Positions 62,733 through 64,000 of a DNA stretch of 64,000 nt are shown in pieces. Each line of letters starts with the position of its first letter. Position 1 is the first letter of the stretch. The notes beneath the pieces are model-generated. The model made no database searches. It was given only the letters and a program-made list of their open reading frames with translations, and was not told the origin of the DNA. Source of the stretch: Trueperaceae bacterium (GTDB taxonomy: Bacteria > Deinococcota > Deinococci > Deinococcales > Trueperaceae); the NCBI GenBank assembly GCA_965215565.1, contig CBDCDZ010000004.1, positions 2,016,001 to 2,080,000 of the forward strand, read 5' to 3'. The translations under genes were made by a program, and so were the position numbers.

Positions 62733-63017
62733 TTTTCTGTAAACGATGCGCCCTTTTTCAGGGTCATACGTGCTGATTTCTAAAACGACGCGGTCTCCAG
62801 GAAGGATGCGGATGTAGTGGCGGCGCATCTTGCCGCCGACGTGGGCTAAGATTTCGGGACCAGCGTCGAGTTGGATTAAAAACGTCGTGTTGGGGCGCGC
62901 CTCTAGGACGACCCCTTCGGTACGTATCGTGTCTTGTGTGGTCTCTTCCGGGCTCTCCCGCTCTTTGCGGGGTCCACCGCGGCGGCGAGCGCCACTGCCG
63001 GATTTTCTACGCGCCAT
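62730..63017 (-). CDS. infA: Translation initiation factor IF-1 with basic N-terminal extension
   Basis: [21 protein letters not shown] and YD..KGRIVYR motifs. ATG follows GGAGG. Confidence 0.95.
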   Translation of the reverse strand: MARRKSGSGARRRGGPRKERESPEETTQDTIRTEGVVLEARPNTTFLIQLDAGPEILAHVGGKMRRHYIRILPGDRVVLEISTYDPEKGRIVYRK

Positions 63018-63819
63018 AAGCGCCTCCTTCCGCCACAAGCGCGCGGGGCGCTTGGTTGTGAGCGGTGAGAATTCGCGGACCGTCAACGGTAATCGCGACG
63101 GTGTGTTCGAAGTGCGCGGAGAGGCTGCCATCTGCGGTGGGAGCCGTCCAGCCGTCCTGTAAGATACTGACCGTGGTTTCGCGTTGCGTCACCATCGGTT
63201 CAATCGCCAAGACGAGACCGGGGCGTAAACGTGGACCTGTTCCTGCGCGTCCATAGTTGGGTACGTCGGGACCTTCGTGAAAGCTACTGCCGATGCCGTG
63301 ACCGACAAACTCCCTGATTATCCAAAAGCCTGCCGCCTCAACAACGTCCTGGATTGCCACGGAAACGTCGCCGAGCCGGTTGCCTGCTTGCGCGGCTTCG
63401 ATGCCTGCGTAGAGCGAACGCTCCGTAACATCCAAAAGCCGCTGTGCTTCAGGCGAGACCCGACCTACGCGGTAGGTCTTCGCCATATCTGCAGCATACC
63501 CCTTATAGAAGGTGCCGATGTCAACGGAGAGAACATCACCTTCCTTGAGGGGCTTGTTATCTGGGATACCGTGAACGACGATATCGTTGACTGAGGTGCA
63601 GAGCACGCCGGGAAAGGGGACGACAGAGTCGGAGGAGCCCCGGTAGCCCTTGAAGGCGGGGCGTCCACCACGCGAGCGAATTGCCTTCTCCGCAATCCGG
63701 TTGAGCTGCGCCGTCGTCGCGCCAGGTTTGATGTGCGGTTCGATACTCTCTAAAGCCTCACGGTTCACCACAGCAGCCTCCGCCATCAGCTCGATCTCGG
63801 CTTGGCGCTTCAAGATCAA
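63007..63819 (-). CDS. map: Methionine aminopeptidase type I
   Basis: SVN..VVHGIP, VDIG, D.A.T, GHGIG..FHE.P, AIEPM and SAHFEHT motifs. Confidence 0.96.
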   Translation of the reverse strand: MILKRQAEIELMAEAAVVNREALESIEPHIKPGATTAQLNRIAEKAIRSRGGRPAFKGYRGSSDSVVPFPGVLCTSVNDIVVHGIPDNKPLKEGDVLSVDIGTFYKGYAADMAKTYRVGRVSPEAQRLLDVTERSLYAGIEAAQAGNRLGDVSVAIQDVVEAAGFWIIREFVGHGIGSSFHEGPDVPNYGRAGTGPRLRPGLVLAIEPMVTQRETTVSILQDGWTAPTADGSLSAHFEHTVAITVDGPRILTAHNQAPRALVAEGGAYGA

Positions 63820-64000
63820 GGCAGGACCTCGGAGATGCGGGCGAAGACCTCTTCGACGGAGCCCGTGCCCTCCACGCGGCGGAGTTTGTTTCTCGAGTCG
63901 TAGTAGTCCACGAGCGGCTTCGTCTTCTCTTCGTAAGTTTCCATGCGGTTATTGACGGTCTCTTTGTTGTCGTCCGCGCGTCCTTCTTCTTCGGCACGTT
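63816..64000 (-). CDS. adk: Adenylate kinase, C-terminal fragment (continues beyond the window)
   Basis: Translates ...EEGRADDNKETVNNRMETYEEKTKPLVDYYD...VEGTGSVEEVFARI, in the expected position upstream of map. Confidence 0.92.
   Translation of the reverse strand, partial: RAEEEGRADDNKETVNNRMETYEEKTKPLVDYYDSRNKLRRVEGTGSVEEVFARISEVLP

Overview
A 64-kb, GC-rich (about 60% by eye) chromosomal segment that is mostly housekeeping genes. It most likely comes from a Deinococcota bacterium, probably Trueperales-like. That assignment is an inference from the tilS-tadA fusion, the N-terminally extended IF-1, many apparently leaderless genes, Deinococcus SRE-like repeats and abundant CTCGAG. Coding content includes tkt, coaE, a tRNA nucleotidyltransferase, gltBD-amtB, a two-component system, pckA, accDA, hisD, trpBA with a Trp leader peptide, rlpA, tatD, lactate permease, a heterodimeric ABC exporter, tilS-tadA, deoB and the distal adk-map-infA-rpmJ-rpsMKD-rpoA-rplQ operon. 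I saw no rRNA, tRNA, CRISPR array, prophage or intact transposase. The unexplained signal lies in the intergenic DNA. (1) A stand-alone ~170-nt candidate transcript begins with a 16-nt complement of the 16S rRNA 3' end. (2) A promoter-driven ~70-nt candidate sRNA has a C-rich loop. (3) A 26-bp tandem repeat forms a chain of ATGA-coupled mini-ORFs between a response regulator and its kinase. (4) At least four families of non-autonomous MITE/REP-like elements are present, one of which interrupts a Uma2 gene with a TA duplication. (5) CTCGAG appears over-represented, HIP1-style. Functional calls come from recognising motifs by eye; no database searches were run.
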